A stretch of DNA of 64,000 nucleotides from Alphaproteobacteria bacterium (GCA_964291265.2 OZ219747.1:3936001-4000000), one strand, 5' to 3'. Counted from the first letter of the stretch, positions 20,453-31,254 are shown. Numbers and translations are program-made. Notes: generated by a model from the letters alone, not told the origin.

Positions 20453-22645
20453 TCAGGGCGAGGTGCCCAAGGACGGCAGAATGCCAGCGAGGCGCGTCCA
20501 GCGATGGCTGCCTGCGGAATCACGGACGGCGATGGCGATGGCCTTGTGCTGGCCGACGAGGACCACCAGTTGGCGGCCGCGGGTGATGCCGGTGTAGAGA
20601 AGATTGCGGCGCAACATGGCGTAATGCTGGGTAAGGATGGGGATGACGACCACGGGGTACTCGGATCCCTGGCTCTTGTGAATGGTGACAGCATAGGCAG
20701 GTACCAGCGCGTCGAGGTCGGCTGGACCGTAGGTCACGAGGCGGCCATCGAAGGCCACGGTGACTGTCCCCTCTTCCTGTGACACGTGGTCGACATGACC
20801 GATGTCGCCATTGTAGACTTCCCTGTCATAGTCATTCTCGATCTGCATCACCTTGTCCCCGGGCGCGAAGGAGCGGCCGAACTTCTCGACGATGCTGGAT
20901 CTCGCTGGATTGAGAGCGCGCTGCAGTTCGGTGTTGAGCGACACGGCGCCAACGGCACCGCGGTTCATGGGGCACAGGACCTGGATATCGCGAACCGGGT
21001 CGGCGCCGAACCGCTTGGGGATGCGGTGGCAGACAATCTTCACGATGCGATCGACCGCGATGGCAGGATCCTCCGCAGGCACAAAGTAGAAGTCGCTGGC
21101 GCTGGCGGGGGCACCAAGATCAGGCATGTCCCCATCGTTCACCCTGTGAGCGTTCATGACGATGCGGCTCTGTGCCGCCTGGCGAAACACCTCATGAAGG
21201 CGCGTCACCGGAATGCTGCCACTGGCTATCATGTCTCCCAGAACCTGGCCGGGTCCCACTGACGGCAACTGGTCGACGTCACCGACTGCCAGGAATGCAG
21301 AGTCCCTTGGCAAGGCAGACAGAAGGGCATGCATCAAGGGCACATCGACCATGGACATCTCGTCAACGACAAGAAGGGTGCATTCGAGAGGGTTGTCGAC
21401 ATTGCGCCGGAATCTGCCGTGTCGAGGATCGACTTCGAGGAGGCGGTGAATGGTCTTCGCCTCCATGCCCGTTGCCTCGCTCATGCGTTTGGCCGCTCGC
21501 CCGGTCGGAGCGGCCAGCAACACCTTCACCTTTCTGACAGCAAGGATGGCGAGGATGGCATTGACAATCGTCGTCTTGCCGACACCCGGACCGCCGGTGA
21601 TGACCATGATTTTCGCTGCGAGCGCAGCTGTCACTGCCTCCTTCTGGCTTGCCGCCAGTTCAATGCCAATACGCCCCTCCACCCAGGGGATCGCCTTGCC
21701 GGCATCGATGGCCGGCCATGGAGGAGGATGCTGACGAAGGGCTCCAAGCATTCGTGCAATTCCCGTCTCGGCGTGATGGAGACCGGCGGGAAAGACACAG
21801 TCACTCTCCCCGATCCGATCCAGGACAGCCGTCCCCTCCGCAAGCTCAAGATCGAGCGCCTCGCGAACCTGGGGCTCGGAACACTCGAGAAGCTGCACGG
21901 TCATCGACACCAGTTCGTCGAGAGGAAGCCCGCAATGTCCTTCACTTGCGGCTTCCGAAAGCCCGTAGTTCACGCCGGCGCGAAGTCGCACCATGGCGTC
22001 CGGACGGATGCCGAGCTTCATCGCGATCGTGTCGGCCGTCATGAATCCAATGCCGCGGATGTCGTAGACGAGCCGGTAGGGGTTTTGCGACATGACCTGC
22101 AGCGCATCGTTCCCGTAGGTCTTGTAGATGCGAACCGCCCGGGTGGTGCCGATTCCGTGGCTGTGAAGGAACACCATGATCTCCCGGACCGCCTTCTGTT
22201 CGGCCCACGCCTCGATGATTCGCTCCACGCGCTTTGGCCCGATGCCAGCAACATCCCTGAGACGCTCCGGCTCCGTTTCGATGATGTCGAACAGTTGATC
22301 GCCGAATGCACGAACCAGCTTGCGGGCATAGACCTGGCCAATCCCTCTCACCATCCCGGAAGCGAAGTACCTCTCGATGCCGTCAACCGTGGTCGGGGGA
22401 GACAGTCTCATGAATCGGGCGCGGAACTGCCGACCATAGTTGCGGTCATTCTCCCACGCACCGCTTGCGGTCAGCCATTCGCCGGGTGCGACCGAGGCAG
22501 CCCGGCCAACGATGGTGACAGGATGACGAATGCCCCGGACCTTGGAACGCAGGACGCAAAACCCGCTGTCTTCATTGTGGAAGGCAACATGCTCGATCAC
22601 GCCGGCAATGACGGCTTCCTCGAATTCCTGATCCCGTCCGTTCAT
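20453..22645 (-). CDS. recD2: ATP-dependent RecD2-like helicase
   Basis: N-terminal FHNEDSGFCVL, HhH repeats GIG, Walker A GGPGVGKT, VVDEMSM, GDVDQLPSVGPG, TIHKSQGSEY, YTGITRG. Confidence 0.92.
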   Translation of the reverse strand: MNGRDQEFEEAVIAGVIEHVAFHNEDSGFCVLRSKVRGIRHPVTIVGRAASVAPGEWLTASGAWENDRNYGRQFRARFMRLSPPTTVDGIERYFASGMVRGIGQVYARKLVRAFGDQLFDIIETEPERLRDVAGIGPKRVERIIEAWAEQKAVREIMVFLHSHGIGTTRAVRIYKTYGNDALQVMSQNPYRLVYDIRGIGFMTADTIAMKLGIRPDAMVRLRAGVNYGLSEAASEGHCGLPLDELVSMTVQLLECSEPQVREALDLELAEGTAVLDRIGESDCVFPAGLHHAETGIARMLGALRQHPPPWPAIDAGKAIPWVEGRIGIELAASQKEAVTAALAAKIMVITGGPGVGKTTIVNAILAILAVRKVKVLLAAPTGRAAKRMSEATGMEAKTIHRLLEVDPRHGRFRRNVDNPLECTLLVVDEMSMVDVPLMHALLSALPRDSAFLAVGDVDQLPSVGPGQVLGDMIASGSIPVTRLHEVFRQAAQSRIVMNAHRVNDGDMPDLGAPASASDFYFVPAEDPAIAVDRIVKIVCHRIPKRFGADPVRDIQVLCPMNRGAVGAVSLNTELQRALNPARSSIVEKFGRSFAPGDKVMQIENDYDREVYNGDIGHVDHVSQEEGTVTVAFDGRLVTYGPADLDALVPAYAVTIHKSQGSEYPVVVIPILTQHYAMLRRNLLYTGITRGRQLVVLVGQHKAIAIAVRDSAGSHRWTRLAGILPSLGTSP

Positions 22646-22679
22646 CAGCTGCCCCCCGGATCTCCCCTCATGGAACGGC

Positions 22680-23170
22680 TTGCGAAAAGCACCTTGTGAA
22701 CAGAAGCGGCGCAACTGACAACACCACGTCTCGCGGGAGCAGGCGGGCTTGAACGGTCGTCGTGGAAGATCCGAAGACCGCCGACATGACGCGGAGTGCA
22801 AAGGGCACGGTCGAGCATTCCGGAACGCACGTGAAGGCGAGGTCCGGGCTGAACCGCGGTATCCTCGCCACGAGCCGGGGTGAGTTGCGGACGACGCTTG
22901 CCTGCAAGGCTCCGCGCCTCGTCGCGGTGAACGCCGCGCATGACAGCCAGACGTGTGCGGCGTGCGGCACGGCTGACGCCGCCTCGCGTCCGGTGCAGAG
23001 GGCATTCACATGGGTGGCCTGAAGCCATGCGGACCTGAATGCGGCCCGCAACATCAGGCATCGGGGACTGGCGCATCTGCACGGGGATGGAGCGTTGCCG
23101 CCAGGCACTCCGATGATCCGTCAAACGGACCGCAGACTGGCGGCATGAGCCGTTCAGTCAACGATACAAG
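22680..23170 (+). mobile_element. 3' remnant of a tnpB element (RuvC-II/zinc finger/RuvC-III region, predicted omegaRNA, right end)
   Basis: VVED.KTADMTRSAKGTVE, SQTCAACG, ADLNAARNI; closely similar to 36540-37010. Confidence 0.8.
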
Positions 23171-23500
23171 TTCCAAACTCAGCCCCAAGCCGATACTGGC
23201 GGACTTCTTGATGGGCGCGTCGGGAACAGCGACTTGCAATGTGTTACCAAGTCCGCAGGCAAGAACGGTGACATTCGACAACTTCCTGAAGGCCTTCACG
23301 GTACGCAGGATCATGGTTCAAAGGCAAACACACGGCCCTGTGGGACCATCGTGGCAAAGGGTTTCGTGAACTGTCCGGCGCAGGCGCCCACATCGAGCGC
23401 GACACCATCTGTCGGAATGAAGGGCCGGGTCCGGGAGCACAGGTCCCGGTGATGCTGCCCTGCAGGAGCCTTCCAGAGATGGGCGAACCTAGTCATCCCT
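23171..23500 (-). pseudogene. FkbM-family methyltransferase fragment truncated at the tnpB right end
   Basis: VALDVGACAGQF..GRVFAFEP, then shifted-frame NVTVLACGLG. Confidence 0.6.
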
Positions 23501-23612
23501 TGCCACAAGGCAGGCTGGGGTACATCCGTCATTCAATCGAGGCCCTGTTGCCAGTTCATCCGGGTCCCCACTATTCTCGGTGAAGATCCTGGACACCACA
23601 CCGCACCATACC

Positions 23613-25670
23613 ATGATGACTTCATCCGTGACTGCCATTGATCCAGCCCGCTATCTGGGCGACAGCCACCTTGCCCGGCTGCTGGCGCAGGGGCGCACCG
23701 GGAAATCCGTCGCCGACGTCCGCGGCGTGATCGCCGGTGTCCTGGCCGCACCGAAGGACATCGATGAGGATCTCTGGCTTCGCCTTGTGACGGAGGCGCC
23801 GGGTGGTGAATTGGCTGAGCAACTCCAGGCGCTGAAGGGAACACTGGAAGAAAGAACTTCCTACGGTCTCGAGGTCCCTGCGCCAAGGTGGCGCCTGAGG
23901 GCCTTGCGCGACGAGCTGAAGCGACTCGGTCTGGACGGGTTCATCGTCCCTCATGCCGATGAGCATCAGGGCGAGATGCTCCCCGTCCGCAGCAAACGAC
24001 TGGCCTGGCTGACGGGATTCAACGGATCGGCGGGCGTTGCCGTGATTCTGAACGACGAGGCCGCGATCTTCGTCGACGGACGCTACACGCTCCAGGTCAG
24101 AATGCAGGTGAACGAAACCGATTTCGCTTTCCTTCACCTGATGAACGAGCCTCCGCGCGACTGGATCGCAAGCCGGCTCTCAGGGAGAAAGCTGGGATAC
24201 GATCCGTGGTTGCACGGCAAGACTGAAGTGGAGGCCTTGCGAAAGGCGGCGGAAGGCGCCGATGGCTCTCTGGTTCCCTGCGACAGCAATCCCGTCGATC
24301 AGATCTGGTTCAACCAGCCCCCACCTCCACTGTCCCCTGTCCGTCCCCACGTTCTCGAGCATGCCGGCGAAACCTCCTCGTCGAAGATCGACAGGATCGC
24401 TGCATCACTTGCCGAGAAGGGCCACGGCGGTGCAGTGATCTCCGATCCGACGTCCATTGCCTGGCTGCTCAACATCCGCGGGGGTGACCTCCCGGGAACG
24501 CCGGTGTGTCTCGGCTATGCCATCGCCAGCAAGGAGGGTTCGGTCACTCTCTTCACCGACCAGAGGAAGTTCACGCCGCAGGCGCTCTCCTGGCTGCCCG
24601 ACAATGTCTCTGTCCGACCTCGAGATGAACTGATTGCGGGACTTGCCCATCTTGCGTCGGACGGCGCAACGATCGTGGTGGACCGCCAGTCCGGCGCCGC
24701 GTGGCTTCAGGAACGCATCGAGGCAGCCGGTGGTGCGGTCCTGGTTGAGCAGGATCCATGCGCCCTCCCCCGGGCCATCAAGAATGCTGCCGAAGTCGCC
24801 GGCATGATCAACTGTCACGTTCGTGACGGCGCGGCGCTTGCCACCTTCCTGTGCTGGCTCGACCAGTCCACCCGTCCTGGAAGCAACGTGACGGTTGACG
24901 AGATGACGGCCGAAAGGATGCTTGAGCAATGCCGGCGGCGCGTTGACGGTTACAGGGGATACAGCTTCGAGACCATATCGGGATTCGGCCCCAACGGCGC
25001 GATCGTGCACTACCGGTCCAGCAACGCCACCAACCGCGCTTTCGAACCCGGTTCTCTCTACCTCGTCGATTCGGGCGGGCAGTATCCAGATGGCACGACC
25101 GACGTCACGCGCACCATCGCCATCGGCGAACCGGACGAGGAACACAAGCGTCACTTCACGGCGGTGCTCAAGGGGCATATCGCGATTGCCACCGTACGCT
25201 TTCCCAGGGGCACCAATGGGGCGGCCATCGATGCCCTGGCTCGACTGCCGCTCTGGAAACTCGGCGCCGATTACGATCACGGCACGGGTCATGGCGTCGG
25301 CAGCCATCTCGGGGTCCACGAGGGTCCGCAGAACATCTCCAAACGCGGCCACACCGCACTGGAACCCGGCATGATCCTCTCGAACGAACCCGGCTACTAC
25401 CGTGCCGGCGCCTGGGGTATCAGGATCGAGAATCTCGTCGTGTTGGAAGAAGACCGCCAGCCGGGAGAGCGCCCCATGCTTCGCTTCTCGACACTCACCC
25501 GGGCACCGATTGACCGGCGGCTGGTGAACACCGGCGACCTGAGCGACGAGGAAGCCGACTGGCTCGATGCCTATCACGCGGACGTTCGCGATTCCCTGAG
25601 ACCTCTGGTCGACGCCGAGACAGCCGCCTGGCTGGACGATGTCACACGGCCGATACGCGATGGGTCCTGA
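23613..25670 (+). CDS. Aminopeptidase P (M24B) family protein with N-terminal extension
   Basis: WLTGFNGSAG, FVDGRY, DSGGQYPDGTTDVTRT, HGTGHGVG, SNEPGYY, GIRIEN. Confidence 0.92.
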   Translation: MMTSSVTAIDPARYLGDSHLARLLAQGRTGKSVADVRGVIAGVLAAPKDIDEDLWLRLVTEAPGGELAEQLQALKGTLEERTSYGLEVPAPRWRLRALRDELKRLGLDGFIVPHADEHQGEMLPVRSKRLAWLTGFNGSAGVAVILNDEAAIFVDGRYTLQVRMQVNETDFAFLHLMNEPPRDWIASRLSGRKLGYDPWLHGKTEVEALRKAAEGADGSLVPCDSNPVDQIWFNQPPPPLSPVRPHVLEHAGETSSSKIDRIAASLAEKGHGGAVISDPTSIAWLLNIRGGDLPGTPVCLGYAIASKEGSVTLFTDQRKFTPQALSWLPDNVSVRPRDELIAGLAHLASDGATIVVDRQSGAAWLQERIEAAGGAVLVEQDPCALPRAIKNAAEVAGMINCHVRDGAALATFLCWLDQSTRPGSNVTVDEMTAERMLEQCRRRVDGYRGYSFETISGFGPNGAIVHYRSSNATNRAFEPGSLYLVDSGGQYPDGTTDVTRTIAIGEPDEEHKRHFTAVLKGHIAIATVRFPRGTNGAAIDALARLPLWKLGADYDHGTGHGVGSHLGVHEGPQNISKRGHTALEPGMILSNEPGYYRAGAWGIRIENLVVLEEDRQPGERPMLRFSTLTRAPIDRRLVNTGDLSDEEADWLDAYHADVRDSLRPLVDAETAAWLDDVTRPIRDGS

Positions 25671-25717
25671 GCCCCTGGCCAACTGCAGGTGTCGGCACTG
25701 ACGAAAGGACCACATCC

Positions 25718-26854
25718 GTGACTTCCCCCCTTCTTGCCACGCCCTCCGGAAAACCACGGGCCCGGGCGCTGGGAATCCCCTTCGACGGTTTTCCGGGACC
25801 GTTCAACGCCATCACCGACGTTGCTGGCGTCGAGGTCGGTTACGCAACCCTCATTCGAGGTGACGGCGGTCCTCTTGTTGTCGGCTCAGGCCCCGTGCGC
25901 ACGGGAGTCACGGCCATCATTCCGCGAGGCAGGGCCAGGGCCAGTCTTCCGGTCTGGACCGGCCAGTTCAGCCTCAACGGCAACGGCGAACTCACGGGAA
26001 GCTGGTGGATTGACGAAGCCGGGCACTGTGACGGTCCGGTCACCATCACCAACACCCACTCCTGTGGTGTCGCCCGCGACGCCACGATCGAGTGGCTGAA
26101 CCACCAATTCGATGCCTACGGAGAAGGCGCCGACTGGGGACTGCCAGTCGCCGGAGAGACCTGGGACGGCTGGCTGAATGACATCAACGGATTTCACGTC
26201 AAGCGGGAGCATGTCTTCGAGGCGATTGACTCGGCGGCGGGAGGGCCCCTCGAGGAGGGCAGTGTCGGAGGCGGCACCGGCATGATGCTCTATGGAATGA
26301 AGGGCGGCTCGGGAACAGCCTCCCGCAAGGTGATTCACGAGGGTCGCTCCTACACCGTCGGAGCTTTCGTTCAGGCGAACTTCGGCCTCAGATCCCAACT
26401 CGTCATTGCCGGCATCCCGATGGCCGAGCACCTCCCGGGCCCGGATCCCTATGCAATGGAAGCGGGTTCGATCATCGGCGTGGTGGCGACCGATGCGCCG
26501 CTGGTCTCCCACCAGCTCAAGAGACTTGCCCGACGCGTGTCACTGGGCGTGGGTCGCGGCGGTTCGATCTCCGGTCATGGATCGGGAGACATCTTTCTCG
26601 CCTTCACGACGGCGGGATCCGATGCCCTGGGACGAGACACTCCCTACCTCGAACTCGCCATCATTCCCGATCACCGACTCGACCCCTTCTTCGAGGCCGT
26701 CATCCAGGCGGTCGACGAAGCCATCATGAATGTCCTGGCGGTCAGTGAGGAAATGGTGGGTGTCGACGGACACACGGCACCGGCCCTCGACAGGGGCAAG
26801 GTGACAGCCGTGCTGAAGAGGTTCGGCCGCTACCGTGAACCCCCCGGCCTCTGA
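25718..26854 (+). CDS. DmpA/P1-family aminopeptidase (peptidase S58)
   Basis: NAITDVAGVEVG, NGNGELTG, ETWDGWLND, GSII autoproteolysis site, SGDIFLAF. Confidence 0.9.
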   Translation: MTSPLLATPSGKPRARALGIPFDGFPGPFNAITDVAGVEVGYATLIRGDGGPLVVGSGPVRTGVTAIIPRGRARASLPVWTGQFSLNGNGELTGSWWIDEAGHCDGPVTITNTHSCGVARDATIEWLNHQFDAYGEGADWGLPVAGETWDGWLNDINGFHVKREHVFEAIDSAAGGPLEEGSVGGGTGMMLYGMKGGSGTASRKVIHEGRSYTVGAFVQANFGLRSQLVIAGIPMAEHLPGPDPYAMEAGSIIGVVATDAPLVSHQLKRLARRVSLGVGRGGSISGHGSGDIFLAFTTAGSDALGRDTPYLELAIIPDHRLDPFFEAVIQAVDEAIMNVLAVSEEMVGVDGHTAPALDRGKVTAVLKRFGRYREPPGL

Positions 26855-26919
26855 GATCTTGTCCGCAGCGCCGCCGACATGAGAGTATTCGACACGACAA
26901 CGGCAGGGGAGATTCCCAC

Positions 26920-27582
26920 ATGGGCCGCATGATCAGTTTTTCACGACCGGATGGCGGTTCCACCAGGGGTTGGCTGGCCGAAGCAGGTCATGACCGCCCG
27001 GGTGTCATTGTCCTCCAGGAGTGGTGGGGTCTCAACGATCAGATCTGTGGCATCGCGGACCGTTTCGCGCGTCACGGCTACAACGCCCTTGCTCCCGACC
27101 TCTACGAGGGACGGGTGACCGGGGATGCGGACGAGGCCGGACACATGATGGAGGGGCTCGATTTCCCGGGCGCAACCCACCAGGACATCAGGGGCGCTGC
27201 CCGCCACCTCAAGTCCGTGTCGAACGGCCGCATCGCCGTCATGGGATTCTGCATGGGCGGGGCGCTCACCATCGCGGCCGCCGTCCATGTCGCCGAATGC
27301 GATGTGGCCGTCGCCTTCTACGGCATTCCTCCGAAGGAGTTCGCCGACGCATCGAACATCAGCATCCCGTTCCAGGGCCATTTCGCCAACACCGATGACT
27401 GGTGCACGCCCGAAGCCGTCGACAGCCTGGTGGATGACCTCAACGCCGGTGGCGTCGCCCACGAACTCTACCGGTACAACGCCGAACACGCCTTCTTCAA
27501 CGAAGTGAGCGATGCCTATGATGTCGCCAGCGCCCGCACGTCCTGGACCCGCATGATGGAGTTCCTGTCGAACACGCTGTGA
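26920..27582 (+). CDS. Dienelactone hydrolase family protein
   Basis: QEWWG, APDLY, GFCMGG nucleophile, HAFFN. Confidence 0.92.
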   Translation: MGRMISFSRPDGGSTRGWLAEAGHDRPGVIVLQEWWGLNDQICGIADRFARHGYNALAPDLYEGRVTGDADEAGHMMEGLDFPGATHQDIRGAARHLKSVSNGRIAVMGFCMGGALTIAAAVHVAECDVAVAFYGIPPKEFADASNISIPFQGHFANTDDWCTPEAVDSLVDDLNAGGVAHELYRYNAEHAFFNEVSDAYDVASARTSWTRMMEFLSNTL

Positions 27583-27847
27583 TGATCGGTCTGCCGTGGG
27601 GGATTCGCTTCGTTGATGCTGCCAACCGGCGCCACGCCGGTACCGGATGTGCTTCAATCAACGTTGCACATCTGCTCAAGCCCATGCCGGGCAAGCCCGG
27701 CGTTCGGCGACGCGGTTTGAACGAGGGACTGACGATGTCACGTCACGATCAGCCAGCAAGGTGCTCGCGAAAGCGACCAGACTGTCCCGTCTCGCGCCCT
27801 GGCAATTTCCGCACCAGACAGGGCCTTCATCCAGTGTGGACGTCTGA

Positions 27848-28900
27848 TCACGCAGTCCTGACAGCCGTCAGGAGACGGTCGATGTCGCAGCAAGAGGTGT
27901 TGAAGGACGTGACGAGACGCACGGTGCCGGTGTCCTTGCCTGTGGGCCGGATGGGATAGAATCCAAACCCGGTGCTCTTGAGTCGCTCGAAAACGGCGAG
28001 GGGCATTTCGAGAAAGAGCTCGTTGACGTCCACGGGGTGGAGGAGACGGACACCCTCGATCTCCTGGAGACCGTCGGCCAGCCTGGTTGCCTGAGTGTTG
28101 GCGTTGCGCGCCCATGCCAGCCAGTTTCCCTTCTCAAGATAGGCTTCGAGCTGAACCGACAGGAAACGCATCTTGGAAAACAGCTGACCAGCCCTCTTGT
28201 GGTGGCGGCGCAGGATGGGTACATCCTCTCGCCTGTCCCCGAAGACAACGATGGCCTCTGCCGCCATGCAGCCATTCTTGGTGGCGCCGAAGGAAAGCAC
28301 GTCAACACCGGCCCTCCAGGTCAGGTCGGCAGGCCGGCAATCGAGCGCGGCAACCGCGTTGGCAAAGCGGGCTCCATCCATGTGGACGGCAAGACCGAGG
28401 TCGCGCGCCGTGTCGCCGAGGGCGTGTATGTCGTCCGGAGAATAGAGTGTACCGCATTCGCTTGCCTGGGTGATGGACAATACCGATGGCCTGGGATGGT
28501 GGACGTCATCGGCATCCATCGGCGCTGCCCTGCGACGCACGGCATCCGGGTGAAGGCGCCCGTGGACGCCCTCGAGGCCAATCAGCTTGGCGCCGCCTGT
28601 GAAGAACTCCGGCGCATTCGCCTCGTCGACGACGATGTGGGCCTCCTCATGGCAGAAGACAGCGCCCCAGGGCGGGGTGAGGAACGCCAGCGACAGGGCA
28701 TTGGCGATGGTCCCCGTCCCCACCGGCAAGACGGAGACATCGGTCTCGAAGATCTCGCCGAATCTCTGATCGAGGGCAAGGGTCTGCCCGTCGCCGCCAT
28801 AGGAATCGACGCCGCCGACACTCGACCGGACGAGGGCCTCGATGATCTCCGGCGCCATGCCGGAGGCGTTGTCGCTGCCGAAATGAGGCTGATGCATCAC
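27848..28900 (-). CDS. ltaE: Low-specificity L-threonine aldolase
   Basis: FGSDN, GTIANAL, HMDGARFANA, SFGATKNG (PLP lysine). Confidence 0.88.
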   Translation of the reverse strand: MMHQPHFGSDNASGMAPEIIEALVRSSVGGVDSYGGDGQTLALDQRFGEIFETDVSVLPVGTGTIANALSLAFLTPPWGAVFCHEEAHIVVDEANAPEFFTGGAKLIGLEGVHGRLHPDAVRRRAAPMDADDVHHPRPSVLSITQASECGTLYSPDDIHALGDTARDLGLAVHMDGARFANAVAALDCRPADLTWRAGVDVLSFGATKNGCMAAEAIVVFGDRREDVPILRRHHKRAGQLFSKMRFLSVQLEAYLEKGNWLAWARNANTQATRLADGLQEIEGVRLLHPVDVNELFLEMPLAVFERLKSTGFGFYPIRPTGKDTGTVRLVTSFNTSCCDIDRLLTAVRTA

Positions 28901-28911
28901 GAATCCTGTGG

Positions 28912-29439
28912 CTACCCGTCACCCAGGAGCGCGTCGATGCGCTCCATGAGATCAGACTGTTGGCGTTCGAGACGCCGTGCCTCGACGTCATTGATCCCTC
29001 CTTCCCGACTGAGCGCCTCCAGCTCGCTCGCCAGTTCCTGTTCGCGTCTCAGAACGTCGTCGAGAGCCAGATGATCGACCTCCTGGCCTGCCCTTGCCTC
29101 TTCAAGACGGTCGAGAGCATCAGCCTGCCTGGCATTGAGGCCGGCAAGGCGCCGGGCGGCCTCGGCGCGTTCCCCCTCGAGCGCCTCCGCTTCCGCTTCG
29201 AGACGGTCGGCCTCGCCCCGAAGAACCCTGGCGCTCAGACGAGCTCGGGCCAGGTCGTCGCGAAGGTTGTCAAGGCAGGCGTCGTAGGTTCCCGACAGGG
29301 AATTGTCGAGAAGCGAGACGAGGTCGACATTCCGTTCAGCATCGGCGCACCGGTCGCCGGAAGACGCCATGCAGGCGGAGAGAAACGAGGCTGCCACCGG
29401 AACGGCAAGGATGCGGCGGAGCAGACCAGCGTCCATCAC
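28912..29439 (-). CDS. Predicted coiled-coil lipoprotein
   Basis: Signal peptide with lipobox FLSAC; long helical C-terminus; GTGA overlap with the upstream gene. Confidence 0.65.
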   Translation of the reverse strand: MMDAGLLRRILAVPVAASFLSACMASSGDRCADAERNVDLVSLLDNSLSGTYDACLDNLRDDLARARLSARVLRGEADRLEAEAEALEGERAEAARRLAGLNARQADALDRLEEARAGQEVDHLALDDVLRREQELASELEALSREGGINDVEARRLERQQSDLMERIDALLGDG

Positions 29440-30194
29440 ACCGATGGCCTCTCGACACCATCGGGTGTGCCGGCAATCAGCGTGACCATGGCGTCCTCGA
29501 TCGCTTCGAGTCTGGCAATGTGCTGGCGCTGTGCCAATTGCGCCGCGTCAAGGCGGGAGGTGTCGTACCCTGCGCGTCGGTACCTGGAGATGCTCCGGTT
29601 GAGAGTGACGATGCGCTTTCTCGTGACATCAATCATCGAACGCACGCTGCTGCGATCCCTTTCGATCTCCAGGAGCGCCCTCTCGTACTCCTGATTGCCG
29701 AGGACACCGACCTCATACTCCTTGTTGAGACGGTCCATGTCCCGCTTCTGCCAAGCGAGTGCGGCTTGCGCCACGGCAATGTTCTTGCGGGATTCTCGCG
29801 TCAATTCCTCGGCAACGGCGATGTCCTCATCGAGTGACTCCCGCGAGGCTTGGAACTCCGAATGATCGCGCGTCAGGTAGGAGCCGCCGATGTATCCGGC
29901 AACCCCGCCTGCTGTGGCACCAAGCAACGCCCCCTCCCCGTCTCCGGCAGCATAGCCGATGATGCCACCGATGATGGCGCCGGCGACGGCAGACGTAATC
30001 CGAGCCTCGGCATAGTCGTTGTAGGAGTCGGCCTGATCGCGCAAGGCCCCCTGCTGCTCCGACACGTCGCTTTTCGACAGGATGGTTCCCAGGTCGCCGA
30101 AGATGTTGGCTGTGCTGCCATCTTCGTTGGTGGCGCACCCGGCACCCAGGATGAAGGCGCCAACCACGGCCAGGAGTCGAGCATGCATCACCAT
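29436..30194 (-). CDS. Predicted lipoprotein with glycine zipper and coiled coil
   Basis: Lipobox LGAGC; GAIIGGIIGYAAG..GALLGATAGGVAGYIGG. Confidence 0.75.
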   Translation of the reverse strand: MVMHARLLAVVGAFILGAGCATNEDGSTANIFGDLGTILSKSDVSEQQGALRDQADSYNDYAEARITSAVAGAIIGGIIGYAAGDGEGALLGATAGGVAGYIGGSYLTRDHSEFQASRESLDEDIAVAEELTRESRKNIAVAQAALAWQKRDMDRLNKEYEVGVLGNQEYERALLEIERDRSSVRSMIDVTRKRIVTLNRSISRYRRAGYDTSRLDAAQLAQRQHIARLEAIEDAMVTLIAGTPDGVERPSV

Positions 30195-30477
30195 TCCATT
30201 TCCTCATTCAGAACACCGGAACAGGCGCACGATCATGGTGCAATCCCTGGCTCCAGACAACCGCAGGCGGTGAGGGGGTCGTGTCTCTGCAGTTCTCCAG
30301 CGCATACTGAGAGAAGGATCCGTGCTGCACACGAAGAGCGTCTCCCCATGGGATTGGTTGGGTGATTGTATCGTTGACTGAAAGGCGATGTTGCGGGATG
30401 TGTTGCGGGATGATGCGCGTGTGGTTTGGGGCCGCCTGCTCCGCCTCACTAAACGGCCAATGGAGGGCCGACCGCGC

Positions 30478-31186
30478 ATGACGGACGATACCGAACACCG
30501 GCAGATTGTCTATCGGCTGCTTCCCGGGTCCCGGGAGAAGGCACGCAAGTTGGCTGCCCTTACGGACGCTTGCCGCTTCGTCTGGAACGCCATGCTCGAC
30601 CGGCTTCGAGCAACTCGTTGCCGCGGCGAGACTGGCGGGAGCGGAACGGCTGCCGAGCGTTTCGTTCTTCACGCTCGGCAAGGCATTCACACGGCTTCGC
30701 CGGTTTGCGCCGTGGTTGCAGGGGATGCCGTGTGCGCTTGAGCGCTCTGTCCTCCAGTACCAGGCGGGTGCGTGGCAACGATGTTTCAGGGGGCTGAGGC
30801 GGCCGCCCGAAATGCAAGCGGCGCGGGCATGACAGCGTGACGCTCCCGGACGCCATCCGCATCCTTCAGACGGCACGCTCCACGTTCAGGAAGATCGGGC
30901 CGATGACGCTGCGCCGCAGGGGAGGGAACCCATGCTCCGACGGCGTATCGGTCCGCGCCGTCATCAATCAGGCGGATTGACGGCACGTGGCATGCGATCC
31001 GCCCGCTGCAGGATGGCGGCTGTCGCGCACCGGCGACGATGGCGCCGTGACCGGCATCGACATGAACGTGGGCCAGGTGGCCACCAGCTTCATGCACCGG
31101 TGACGGACCGCCTCGAAGCGCGATGCCAGCGGTGGCAGCGCAGGATGTCGCGCGGCAGCAGGCGGCGTGAACGCACCCGCCGCCGC
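30478..31186 (+). pseudogene. tnpB: tnpB 5' part, frameshifted
   Basis: YRLLPGSREKARKLAALTDACRFVWN, SFFTLGKAFTRLR, RuvC-I VTGIDMNVGQ. Confidence 0.78.
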
Positions 31187-31254
31187 TGTTGATGGCTGCA
31201 TAGAACGGCGGGATTTCGGCGATTTGCCGCGCTTTGTCAGGGTCGTGTTTCTTC

